Origin: Eledone cirrhosa
Lineage: Eukaryota
Reading direction: 5' to 3'
Length of the DNA: 64,000 nt
NCBI GenBank assembly: GCA_964016885.1
Contig: OZ024740.1
Location: 332,506,001 to 332,570,000, forward strand
Shown piece after piece: positions 12,349 through 25,774 of this stretch. The translations under genes and the position numbers were made by a program. Within the stretch, counting starts at the first letter, position 1, and the number at the start of each line of letters is the position of its first letter. Under the pieces are notes generated by a model that was not told where the DNA came from, did not search any database, and saw nothing but the letters and a program-made list of their open reading frames with translations.

Positions 12349-12807
12349 TGGAGTAACATGTGCTATCACACCGGGATTTGGGTTAGAACGAAAGCCTGTT
12401 GAGAAAGTAAGTCCTCTGTTCGATCTTCCAGAAACCTCACTTAGATATTCAATAATTTCGAAGTGACGGTCCAGGTATGTTACATATACAGATATGTGCA
12501 TATACGTATATGTATATGTATATATATATGTATATGTATATGTATATATATATATAGATAAATATATATGTATACATATATGTGTCTGTATGTATGTGCG
12601 TGTGTGTATTTTTTTCACACTAGGCAGTTCTTTCGTTGCTACAGATCACGCATCTGAAATAGCGGTCGCTATTTTCAATTCGCAAAGCCATTTAAAATGT
12701 ATGTTATTACTCTGAGGTCTATACCTTGTCGAGTGCTTGGCTGCACTAATGAAGGCATTCGTTGGCTTAGCTGCTACTCGAACATCGAATATGCTGTACT
12801 TTTGTAT

Positions 12808-13654
<847 letters not shown>

Positions 13655-14295
13655 ATAAAGATATGTATATATACGAATTTATATATATATATATATTATA
13701 CATTTATACATAGATCTTTATAATCCATGTATTTATATATTTGTCTGTGCGCATTCGTGAGTGTGCGTGTGAGTGTGTGTGTTTGTATGCATTCGTGTTT
13801 ATGTGTATACAGCTATATTGTAATGTATGTGTTTCTGGCAATTTAAAAGAGATATATTAGAATTTTCCAATTGAAATAAGGTGAATACATAAAGATATTC
13901 AATTACGACATCAAATAACACATTCATATAGAAATAATTTGATATATTATATACGGATGTGTAGCAGGTATAAAACATTTAATAACACGAACAGGTATCT
14001 ACGCGGTAGTATCAGATATATATCATTTAATGTATCCAATCTGCAATAGGATTACATCCAAATCGCTATGCCTCCTTATAGAATCTTATAATGATATGCT
14101 GTTGTCAAGAAAATGACTAGCATGTCATATTTTACCCGTTCAGTTTTAGTTAATTAGATTAATTGACAATAGCAGATATATCAGACTACAAGTTCAAGTC
14201 AACAGTGGCAAGCTGAAGGTCAAATTATCTATTATCTTATCTAGTGTTGAAAAAAGTTTGTAGATAAAGAGAAACATACATATCTCTCTCTCTCT

Positions 14296-14391
<96 letters not shown>

Positions 14392-15297
14392 GTGTGTGGG
14401 GTGGGGGGTGCATATATGAAATATACATATATGTGTGTTTGAATGAAAATAATAAGTTGTGACAAGAACGAATTTTGAAATCTGATATATAACGATATAA
14501 TTGATATATGTCTACATCAATAGAGATCTACTGACCTTCTAGCAGGATTTGTCACCTGAGATAACTTGGGTCATAGGTGTTAGATCTTCGTCAATGTCAC
14601 ATGAAAAATCCGAAAATCAAAATTATCTCTTTCCCCCACTCTCTCCCCTTCTCTCTTTTTCTCACTCTGCCATTCTCTCGCTCACTATATAAACCTACAT
14701 AGATGCACATCTATTTACATATATTTACACACAAACAATCACACGCACACACACATATATACATACATACAAACACACACAAAATATATCTATACATATA
14801 TATATATACATATATATGTGTGTATATATATATATATTTATATGCAATCCTATCCTCGATTGCGCAACTAGTAGGAAACTCAAGGTGCTATTTGTTCTCG
14901 CAATATCCATCCACATCGTAATATTTAGGCATTACCCATTGTCCAGCATGATGGATCAGTTGCATGACATTGTGTTACAATGCCAAAGGTGTGATTTATT
15001 AGATTTCGCCACTGATCGCTTACGACATCGTGCTGCCAATGTTTTCGAACATAACACCTGCAGGGGTGGCCTCTCCGTGATAGACCTTGTCAATGTATTA
15101 ACCGTGGTTTGGTCCAGGGCTACTTACTCTGGTATTTACAACTGACACTATACAAGGCCTTTCCCCTAACCAAATCCTAGGAAACCCGTCGCTAAGAGTT
15201 TATGAGATAACGTTACACAGTTAAACATGAGTAAGTTGAAAGTAAAAGAATGAAAAAGTGAAAAAGATTAAAATATATATAAATATATACACGTAAT

Positions 15298-15450
15298 TTA
15301 TTGAATGACCGTTTGACAGGATTTTGTTTTAGATCGCGAGCCTAGTCCCGAAATGACCCTCTTCACAAAGCAGGCTAGGTGAAGTTGCCAGTTTAATCGC
15401 CAACGACCGGACCAGACAACGGGTTGTATAGGGTACATGTTCCCAATACT
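15298..15450 (-). mobile_element. Diverged 5' fragment of family B
   Basis: GGTCGTTGGCGATTAAACTGGCAAC...CCTGTCAAA is shared with 30140-30240. Confidence 0.7.
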
Positions 15451-15580
15451 TCTCAAAAGCCACATGACATATATACAAATACATCTGCGTATATAAATTT
15501 CTACATACACACAAACATATATACACAAAGACACAGATAAACACGCACACTGACACACAAACACAGACACACAGACACAA

Positions 15581-15621
<41 letters not shown>

Positions 15622-15651
15622 GAGAGAGAGAGAGAGAGAGGGAGAGAGGGA

Positions 15652-15696
<45 letters not shown>

Positions 15697-15722
15697 AAAG
15701 AGAGAGATAGAGAGAGAGAGTG

Positions 15723-15760
<38 letters not shown>

Positions 15761-15991
15761 CAGAGAGAATTAGAGAAGGTGAGATATGTAATATCAGCGT
15801 CAAGTAGTTTCGGCTTGTGTCACAAGCCGAAAACGCTTGGCACAGCGATCAGAACTTTATATATCTCTATACTCACTCTTTATTTCCCCATGCATTGAGC
15901 ACTCCCATGATTAGTGGACTCCCACATCTCAGCACAGTAGATCCCTTCTCTCCCTTCTCTCTACCCATGTGTCCCTTCTCTCTCCCTCTCT

Positions 15992-16081
<90 letters not shown>

Positions 16082-16088
<7 letters not shown>

Positions 16089-17768
16089 TAAAATAACAGA
16101 TTAAAGTTTAAGCAAAGAATCGCTGCTTTCACCCTTAACGGGATCTTCTGAAACTAACAAAGTCAATCTGTAAACGCAGAACTGGATATTTCAATGATAG
16201 TCATTAATAGGAGCGGTGAAAAACAATTACGCGCAAAGACAGAACCACGTTTATGGTATAAAAGAGGTCGTAGACTAATGTTCTCTTAGGTGGTGCATAG
16301 AGACCTTCTCTGGCAATGAACGAGAAAAACGAAGATAATACGTCATATATGGATCGTGGAGAACAATAGCACGCAAAGACAAAACCACGTAAATGGTATA
16401 GCTGAAGTGGTAGACTAAAATTCTAACAAGGAGACCGAATGAATCTCCGCTACAGAGTTAAGAACAAAGTACATAAATACAATACAGAAGTAATAGAAAT
16501 AAATAAATACATACACGCAAACAAATACGTACATACACAAGCATACGCAAAAACTTACCATAGGTATACAAAACCACGCACATATAAATATGTGTGTGTG
16601 TGTATGCGTGTATACAAATAAATAAATAATTATATAAACGTATATAAATGTATATAAATAAATGAATACGTATATAACAAGCGTACACACATACCTACAT
16701 GTAAATAAACGAATGTTCGGAGACGTAAGTCAACCAAAACATGAAGTGCACATATACACACACCCTACACACGTACGAACCAACATACTCACACAGACGC
16801 AAAACTCCCGTATACACATAGCCAAACCATATGTACCAGAATATATAAAATTATACGCCATAACAATCAAATATACGTACAAGAAGGTATACGTACCTTC
16901 ACAAAATACGGGTAATATATACTTACCTATGCAAATAAGTAAAGGTATAAACAAAACATATACTTAGCTCCCACATCAAGACGTAAAATATCCACGTATA
17001 GATCGTACTATCCGTTAGGGTATAACGTGGGGCTGTAATACAGGAAAGTCTTGTGCAATTTATGTTTACGAGCCGAAATTGCCTCAGATTTTTTGTTTAA
17101 GATGTGGTCTGTGTCAAAGAGTATTTCCAGGGCCTCAGAGGTCACATGGTCTTTTATTTCCGTTATACGATCTAGCCCTAGCTAGGATCACCCAGTGTAA
17201 CTTATATTGGGTGTGGTTGTCTTTTAGACTCCAGATATAAGCTGAAAGTGACGTCATATTCCTTCTTAGAGGGTAACGAAAAGAATGGGTATGCATGTAA
17301 AGACGCTGCTTGAATCTATTGGCGGTTAACCCTATGTAGGCCCTACGGGACGTGGTTGTTACAACCTTACATTTGTAGACAATGTTACTAGAGAGGCATT
17401 TCCCGGATAGGGGGCAATCAACCCGATTCCTACAATTACAATTAGTACTAATTACAGGGTTGCACGTGTTCCTACGGCTAGGTAGTTAACTAAATTTGAA
17501 GCTGTGATGTTATGTGCAAGGTTAGGAGTCATAGAGTAAGAAATTTTAATAGTATTTCTATTAAAAATTTTACTATATTTATGTGTAGGGGGAAAATGCT
17601 TCGTAATAAGGGAAAGAAAGATCTTAGCTAATGGTGTGGCCACCTCCATATTATAAGATGGGTTATACCAACAAATGCGACGGGATCTATTTCTTCTAGG
17701 TCTATGTTCGTACTCTATATATGCTACCTTATCGACAAATCCACTTCGAGCAAGAGCTTCATTGTAAT
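16082..17768 (-). mobile_element. 5'-truncated PLE family D (RT C-terminus, GIY-YIG, 3'UTR; HHR at 16105-16155)
   Basis: High similarity to 37600-39370. Translates to RRNRSRRICWYNPSYN...KIFNRNTIKISYS and YIGLTAN. Confidence 0.92.
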
Positions 17769-18077
17769 ATACAAATATACAAATATACAAATATACATTT
17801 ACCGAGAATCGCATTTCGGCTAGTAGATAATTAGATAAACGCAGCTTCCGAATTGTGTTGGCGAGCGCTCAATTGATATGAATATACCAGAGCTATAAAC
17901 ATAAGTTAAAAAGGCCATACAAAACTGAGACGATGGTTAAGAAGCCATTAACCACCTAAGCCAAAAAAGCGAGCAAGCTAAGCGGGTGAAACAAAATAAG
18001 ATATGATTGAAATATTTACCTGGACCCCGGGAATGATGGTACAGTCCGATATGGGGTTTCTGCGACACCTAAATCAA

Positions 18078-18261
18078 TAATTGTTTCTACTTTAGACACA
18101 AGGCCAGCAATTACCCAGTGCATTACTGGTACTTTATTTTATCGACCCAGTAAGGATGAAAGGCAAAATCAACCTCGGCGGGATTTGAACTCAGATCGTA
18201 AAGGGACGTAACTATGCTGGAAAGCATGGCGTCCGACCCTCTACTGATACTGCCAATCCAC
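18078..18261 (-). mobile_element. tRNA SINE family C with 17-bp target-site duplication (TSD)
   Basis: ACACCTAAATCAATAAT at 18065-18081 and 18262-18278. Confidence 0.92.
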
Positions 18262-18393
18262 ACACCTAAATCAATAATACTGTCTGCTTATAAAAAATAA
18301 TAAGCTTTTGGTATAATGACCGAAGAATGATATCACTTTCTCAACAGGCATTTTGTCCTGCGTGCACCAGGATCCCATAGTGTTCGAAAGCAC

Positions 18394-18462
<69 letters not shown>

Positions 18463-20033
18463 ATATGCTGACTGAAACAAAGTGCTTTTTTCCCAATTCT
18501 TTTCACGTTCCTATACAACCCCACTCTATCTTTCTCTTTAATCTTTTATTACTCATTCTATCTTCTGGTAGATGTCTAGCGTCCGAAGCGCAAAGAATCT
18601 CTCCGTACTATATCGAGTGCCAAACTAATACACACACAAACACACTCGTCATCATCATCATCATCATCATCATATTCATCATCATCATCATCTTCATTAC
18701 CATCTTTATTTTCAACTTCAGCTTCAGCTGCTTCTTCTTCTTCGCCCACATATTTCTGAGAATATCTCGGTTTTAGAATCCTCAAGCAGGCCTTCCAGAG
18801 CTGTTCTGTTAGAGAATGTGTTGCAGGTGGGGCATAGCACTATGGCCACCATATATGATGGTTAGTTTCAATATTAGTGTGCACCTGCTGCACGAATAAG
18901 CAACCCTGGCCCAACATCGGTAAACTAACTGTGGAAATGGAGGAAAGGGTGACACGTTTATCTTTCAAGAAAACTCTCACAACACAGTAATGTAGCTACG
19001 AAGAGGTGTTTAAAGACCGGCTCTAAAAAGTCCTATCTTCGTAAGTCTGAGAAAAATACGGAATTGGTGAATAACGAGTAAAAGACATCAAAAACCCTGC
19101 CATACCTATGCTAGTTTATTTATGAACTCTAAAATTTCCACCTTCACAACTCTCTAATGAAACGTATTCACTCATGAAATTTTCGGAAGAGGGCATATTA
19201 GTGCTGCTTTATTCGGGTAAAGTGTTTGATTTGTTAACAGGATAAAAACATTTCTGTTACATTCTGAATCATATTAATCTTGAAACATCGTTCCGTTTTA
19301 CTTAGAAATTTCACGTTATATACCTTACCAATGGCGAGTCAACGATTTTATTTAATCTAGAAAGTAAGAAAAAATCATTCGTCATATAGAATGAGTTTTT
19401 CATATAAATAAGCCGAGGTTATATGGAATGTGGCAGTTATATTCTTAGTAATATGTATATTTTCTTTCTCTCTTTCATACACGTACATATTCCCACCATC
19501 CCTTATCACTTTTTGCTACATGTTTTTCAGGCAGATCTACATTCATTATTGTTTATTTTTTCCTATTTGCTTCCTCAATTGGTCATTATCTGCAAATTGA
19601 CGCTTTTATTATGAAAAACAAAAAGAAAATTCGAAAATTTCTGAATATGAGAAATGTGTTTTAGTCGCAAAGGAAATGTAATGGAAGTAGTCGCATCAAA
19701 TGGGGAAATGGTTTGTAAGAAATTGACAAGGATGAAACATGAGAACTGCTGAAGAGAGAAGGAAGAAAGCGTTGATATATGGAATCAAAATTACAGTTGA
19801 AAAGTAAGCCATGTGTACTAACTGCTCTATTAATACCAGAACTCTCAGCGTGTTTTTATTAGTTTTTACGTTGTATCGTAATTTTGATCTTGTTATGAAG
19901 AAATTGACAAGGATTCAATTGTGGTTAGTGATGCTTCCTGCACACATACATACACACATACGCATACGCACATATATACACTCACAAAAACAAAAAAAAA
20001 ATATATATATATATATATATGTGTGTATATATA

Positions 20034-20088
<55 letters not shown>

Positions 20089-20107
20089 ATATATATATAT
20101 ATATATG

Positions 20108-20170
<63 letters not shown>

Positions 20171-20173
<3 letters not shown>

Positions 20174-20466
20174 CATTGACTCTTAAGAGCTACTTTGCCC
20201 TTTGACAGGTTTTGTTTTTAGTCCTGCAGGATGTTCAAAGTCACCCTCCCCACCAAGAAAACTTGGTGGGCTTGCCAGTTTAATCGCCAACGACCGGAAC
20301 ATGGGACAGGTTGTACTGGAATACATGTTACCAATAATTGTCACAAAACAGGGTTTTCAAGTCGCTGGCTCGACTAAAAGGTCGCACTCGTTCAGCGCAT
20401 CGGTAGGGTTTCTCCTACATGGATATGAAATAGTGGCCGTGGTCGAAAACGAGTTGGCAGCCACCA
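20171..20466. mobile_element. Family B copy with inverted 5' part and internal deletion
   Basis: 20171-~20333 is the 5' portion on the minus strand. ~20335-20466 is the 3' portion on the plus strand. Confidence 0.8.
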
Positions 20467-20496
20467 TATATATATATATATGTATATATATGTATG

Positions 20497-20564
<68 letters not shown>

Positions 20565-20679
20565 CATTTGTGACAGACTGCCTCATACACCAATACATAA
20601 ATGATGGTGGCCGGTAACTCGCTTCGAATTTTCAAACAGGCTTCTGCGTTATGTGAATAACCAAGTCCTTAAGTGTCCT

Positions 20680-21780
20680 ACTATTCGTGGTGCAGATTTG
20701 TAAGACATGGCCTTTGGTAATAAGACTTTGTGGTTGCTAGTTGCCATCAGATTTCCTGCTGATCGGGAGATTTTAATATATTGTTGGAAGATTGTTATAC
20801 CTTGTGCACCATGCATTGTCCATTTTTTCACATGTCTCCGCTTTTAACTCATCAATGCAACAGTGATGAGGCACTCTCTCTCCTACATTAATTACATGTC
20901 GGCTCTCTTAGTCTTCCACGTTTCATGGCAATACAATATTCAAACCCTGCCTCGTATCCTTTTTCAACTTTCATAATTCCTTCGGGCAGTTTCAAGTTGT
21001 ATTTTACTTTCATACACGGCTTCCCCCCATCATTCGTAGCTTGCTCTCAGTCTCCTTCTGAGATATTTTCACAGATCCGTGAGCCTCCTCTTAGGTTATA
21101 AGGTGGTCGTTTGCCATCCCTCCGCTTATCATAAAGGAGTCTGTGTAACCCACAGTCCTCTATTCACACTATATATCCCACCCATCGGAGACGATTTTGC
21201 ATTATAATCCATACTCTGACAGAACTTTTTCATGGACCTCAAAATCCCTCGCATACATCCCCCAGTCTAGACCCAAGATTTGACAAGCACAGAACCTTTC
21301 CAGTCTCTGATATCAGGGTATTCATCTCTAATTACTTCCGGCATCCTCCACCCTTTCCATTATACAGGACGACCCGATAAATCTTCCAGTCTTATAGTAC
21401 TATATATTCTGCCCTAACATTCTATATCAAAGTGATCAGGCAACACGTAATGTTTTCACCCCCACATTTAAAGTATCTACAAACAAGTTGCCCTTGGCGA
21501 TAGGCTTGTAACTGTTAAGTTTCTGAACAGTGATTTCCATTACTTCTAATGAAGGAAGATCTGCTTGAGCATCGGCGACTGATCTGCATTTTATGGACTC
21601 AAGATACTCCTTAACGGTCACCGAATGCTTGTTTATGTTAGTAAAAGTGGTGTTTGCATCTGGCCAGCATTTACTTTGGTTGCTCGAGAAAAAATGTTCC
21701 ATCGTTAGTGCGTAATTCTGCAACAGAAGATGAAACTAATAGACCTCGAGAATGAGATTATACAATAACTTTGTTTTGCT
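20680..21780 (-). pseudogene. Heavily decayed non-LTR (RTE-like) reverse transcriptase remnants
   Basis: Minus-strand pieces such as ILYCHETWKTKR (LYG.ETW-like) and LPSLEVMEITVQKLNSYKPIAKGNL...LNVG (pre-RT region). Many stops; boundaries approximate. Confidence 0.45.
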
Positions 21781-21911
21781 GGTATCCGAGGCAGATTGAA
21801 TTTCGTCAGCCCTAGTACTCCACCATGTCCCTTGCATGTTTCTCAACTAAAACTGGACACATTTAAAAGTGTTTGCGTGTTTTATATATACATATACATA
21901 CATACATACAT

Positions 21912-22042
<131 letters not shown>

Positions 22043-22084
22043 CATACATATATATGGATATATATATATATGTATGTATGGATA

Positions 22085-22153
22085 TAAAACATTGCCCACA
22101 GCGATGGGGCGTATGTCACCCTCTTTCTTCCTGAGAGCGGTGAGGCTAGCCGC
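22085..22153 (-). pseudogene. ~70-bp fragment of a CRE-clade-like RT
   Basis: [23 protein letters not shown] resembles the LxALxKKxGGIRPIAVG motif. Confidence 0.6.
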
Positions 22154-22215
22154 ATACATACATACATACATACATACATACATACATACATACATACATA
22201 CATACATACATACAT

Positions 22216-22268
<53 letters not shown>

Positions 22269-23126
22269 GTATGTATGTAAGTATACATACTTGTATATAT
22301 ATATAGATATATATGTATACATAAATACATACATAGACATCAATAGTCCTGGGTAGAGCGTAAATAAAATTTTCTATGTAACAATGATTTCCAAGTTTCA
22401 CATTGGTCGCTTCATAGAGGATGCAAGCAACACGAAACACATGCGCTCCTAGTATTATTTATACGGTTTCCTTCAATGTTAACATACCATTGCACAAGCG
22501 CTACCGCAGCGGAAACTGAAATAATTTCTATAATACATAGATTTAATATATACACAGACACAGGTTCATTCCGCTACACACAGATAGGTACACACACACG
22601 CAGACACACACACACACAGACATACATATGCACACACACACACACATATACACGCACATATATATATATACTGAAATAGTAAGTGAAGGCGTATAGAATC
22701 AGCTTCGAATCTCCTGCGATTGTCTATTAATGAAAATCTACAGTATATTGTGTAATTAAATAGATCCATGTGCACAATATTAAATAACACAGAAATATCG
22801 CCATTCAATGTACTTTATTGTATTGGCAATATTTGATTGTTGATTTCGCTTTTGTCATAACATGCCTGTTCTAAAATATTTGCTATAGATTCTATTATCT
22901 TGAATAAAACCTTGCAAACGGTGTGAAAGGCAATTGTTCTCTCAGTTTATTTCTATAATAGTCATGCTGGTAATTAAATACGCGTACTAATGTTTATAAA
23001 TAGGCGCACATACATACAAACAGAGTGAAATAGACTATCACTATAGTTGAGAAAGTTTGGTGAATTATGATCAAACGAAAAACGTGGATATACATATGTA
23101 TTTTAGGATGCAGATATAAATGATAC

Positions 23127-23171
<45 letters not shown>

Positions 23172-23173
<2 letters not shown>

Positions 23174-23627
23174 GATATTAACAAATGGAAACTATATTTA
23201 TAAAACCATATTTATTTCATTATACATATTTCAAGGACATCAACTTAAATTATGGTGTGCTTTTATAAGATAAAATATAATATAGATCAGTTTTATAAAT
23301 AAATATTGACATACCCTTAAAGAATGCAACCATTACTGTTAGAAGCTCCCGGATAGTGAAATCCGGAAGCTTCCAACAGTAATGGTTGCATTCTTTAAGG
23401 GTATGTCAATATTTATTTATAAAACTTATCTATATTATATTTTATCTTATAAAAGCACACCATAATTTAACTTGATGTCCTTGAAATATGTATAATGAAA
23501 TAAATATGGTTTTATAAATATAGTTTCCATTTGTTAATATCGTATTTTTACTCCAAATATTTGTTGAGTGCTTTATATCAGTTATAAAAATATTTGCTTG
23601 TTGTATCCCAACAATTTAAATAGAATT

Positions 23628-23630
<3 letters not shown>
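23172..23630 (+). repeat. Family K fold-back (arms 23172-23355 and 23362-23545)
   Basis: Near-perfect ~185-bp inverted repeat pivoting at CCGGATAGTGAAATCCGG. TA-flanked. Confidence 0.85.
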
Positions 23631-23695
<65 letters not shown>

Positions 23696-23783
23696 GGAAA
23701 AATTTGAACAGGGACAAAACAGAGAGGCAGTACAATAAATGTTTATTAATTTCACGCTCAGGAGAGTGGGGTGTAGGTGGGGG

Positions 23784-23815
23784 ACGACGTTTCGGGCATA
23801 AGCCCTTCCTCAGGT
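23784..23815 (-). ncRNA. Minimal hammerhead-like motif (family H)
   Basis: AC CUGAGGA A GGGC-UUAU-GCCC GAAACGUC GU. Helix I is only ~2 bp. Confidence 0.6.
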
Positions 23816-24123
23816 GAGAAGTGTGTGGGAACAGAGTTAAAAAGGTGTGTAGGGGAGTCGTGGAGAGACATATAGCGAAAGGAAACGGTGCGAATGAAAA
23901 AATAACAAATAAAGATAAAAATAAAAATAAAGTATGATCAAAATACAAGGAATGAGATAAATTTAAAAATAAAGGCATGATCAAAATAAACTGAAATTAA
24001 AAGGGGGTAAACAGGTGGTGGAAGGGTGTGGGTGAGTAGGGGTGGTGGCGGGTGGAGTGGGGAGAGGGAGACGGGGTGTCCGAGCGGGGAGGGCTGAAGG
24101 TGGTGTGTGTGTGTAGGTGTGCT

Positions 24124-24155
<32 letters not shown>

Positions 24156-25333
24156 AAAGTAAGGGTTGGGGGAAGAACGGGGTTGCATGTTCAGGAAGAG
24201 GTGTGTGTGGGGGGTGTTTTAGTGGGTCGGAGTGTCTGTGCGTGTGTGGATAGGGGGGTGGGGGGAGAGGAATCAGGAGGCTGAGGGTGTAAATATGTGG
24301 TGGAAAGCACGTGTGTGTGGGGTTTAAGCGTGTTGTGGGTATGGGTGGCGTGTGGAGAAAAAAAAATTGTTTCGGGTGTGTGTGTGGGTGTGTTATATAG
24401 GTGATTACGTAAGAGGATGGTTGAAAAGTTGGTAAATTCCAAGGATGTTTAGTGGATTGGTTGTAAGTCAATTTCTGCGTGTGGGTAATCCATGAAGCGG
24501 TGGTCGGAAGAGGAGAAATGTGGGGTGCGCGCGCAACAGGAAGTGGTCAGCAGTGGGAGTGCTGTGGTGTGTTAGTGCTGGGAGGTGGTCAGAGGGCATA
24601 GCAGCAGTCGGTGGAATGGTAAGGGGGCGAGGATGGGTAGGTGTGAAAGTTGGAGTGAAGAGGGTGTGTGTGTGTGTATTAGTAGGGGTGTGTGGGATGA
24701 GTGAGTGTGGAGCGAGGGTGTGGGTGGAGCGGGGAGAGAAGGGTGTGTGTGGTTCTATGGAGGGAGTGTGGTGTACTGGTGTGTGTGTGTAGTTTGATGA
24801 AGAGGTGTTAGTGGGTGTTAGTATATGGGAGGTGGGGAGGGGTTGAATGCAGGTGTGAGTGGGGGTTAGTGGTGGTAGGGTGTGTAGAGTTGGTGGTGTA
24901 CGAGGGTGTGTGGGTACGTGTGCGTGGGGTTGGGGGGTGTTAGTGATGTTTGTTGCGTGTGGGGTGGGTGGTGTAAGTGGGTGCGTGTGTTCGTGTGCTT
25001 GGGGTTAGGGGTGTTAGTGAGGTTAGTTGCGGGGTGGTGGGATGGAGGTGTGGGGGTGAGAGGTATGGGGGTGGGGGTTAGTGGTGGTAGTAGGGTGTGT
25101 GTTTAGTGTGAGCGCGTGTATATATGTGCCGGTGGGTGTGTGCGTGTGATAAGGAGGGGGGAGGAGGAGAGGAGGGGAGGGAAGGGATGTTAGTATGTTA
25201 GTTGGGGAAGGGTGGTCAGATGAGGGGTGGAGTGGAGGTGTTAGTATTGTTAGTGTGGGGTGGGCGATGAAAAGGAGGGGCGTGTTAGTGGTGTGAGTGG
25301 GGGATAAGTGTGGGGGGAGGGGGCGGTCTAACG

Positions 25334-25760
25334 CTAAAGGAATAAGGGTGGGGAGTTCAGGCCGGGGGGAGTGTGGGTCTGTAAGATGAAGATAGTTCGT
25401 TGTTCGACCGTAAGGCGATGGGCGGGTGTTCCGTGGCACTGGAGTAGGCCACAGACTGTGAGATGGCGTGCGGAGTGTCCAGGGCCACCAAAGTGGCGGG
25501 CGATGGGGGAACTGCCCCCGAGACGAATATCCCGGAGGTGCTCCGTGACGCGGTCCGCCAGGCGACGTCCCGTCTGTCCGACATAAGTCGCGCTGCACCC
25601 CGTGCAGCGAAGTCCGTAGACTAGGTTGGAGAAGGTGCAGCGGAAGGCATGCCGGACCGAGAGAGAGTGGCCGTTGGGACCCTGGGAGGTGGTGGTGTTG
25701 GTGATGTGGGTACAGGTGTTGCAGCGGGGCCTAGAACAGGGAAAGGAACCGGGGAGGGGG
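25334..25760 (-). pseudogene. PLE GIY-YIG endonuclease domain with Cys-rich linker
   Basis: PCSRPRCNTC...CTFSNLVYGLRCTGCSATYVGQTGRRLADRVTEH...HF...H...EQRTIFILQTHTPPGLN. Confidence 0.92.
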
Positions 25761-25774
25761 GGGGGGGGGGGGGC

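Larger units (their letters stand above)
23693..25760 (-). mobile_element. PLE family H (Neptune-like) 3' half: GIY-YIG plus ~1.6-kb C/A-rich 3'UTR
   Basis: GIY-YIG ORF followed by a CA-rich tract, a hammerhead-like motif and AATAAA before (TA)n. Confidence 0.88.
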
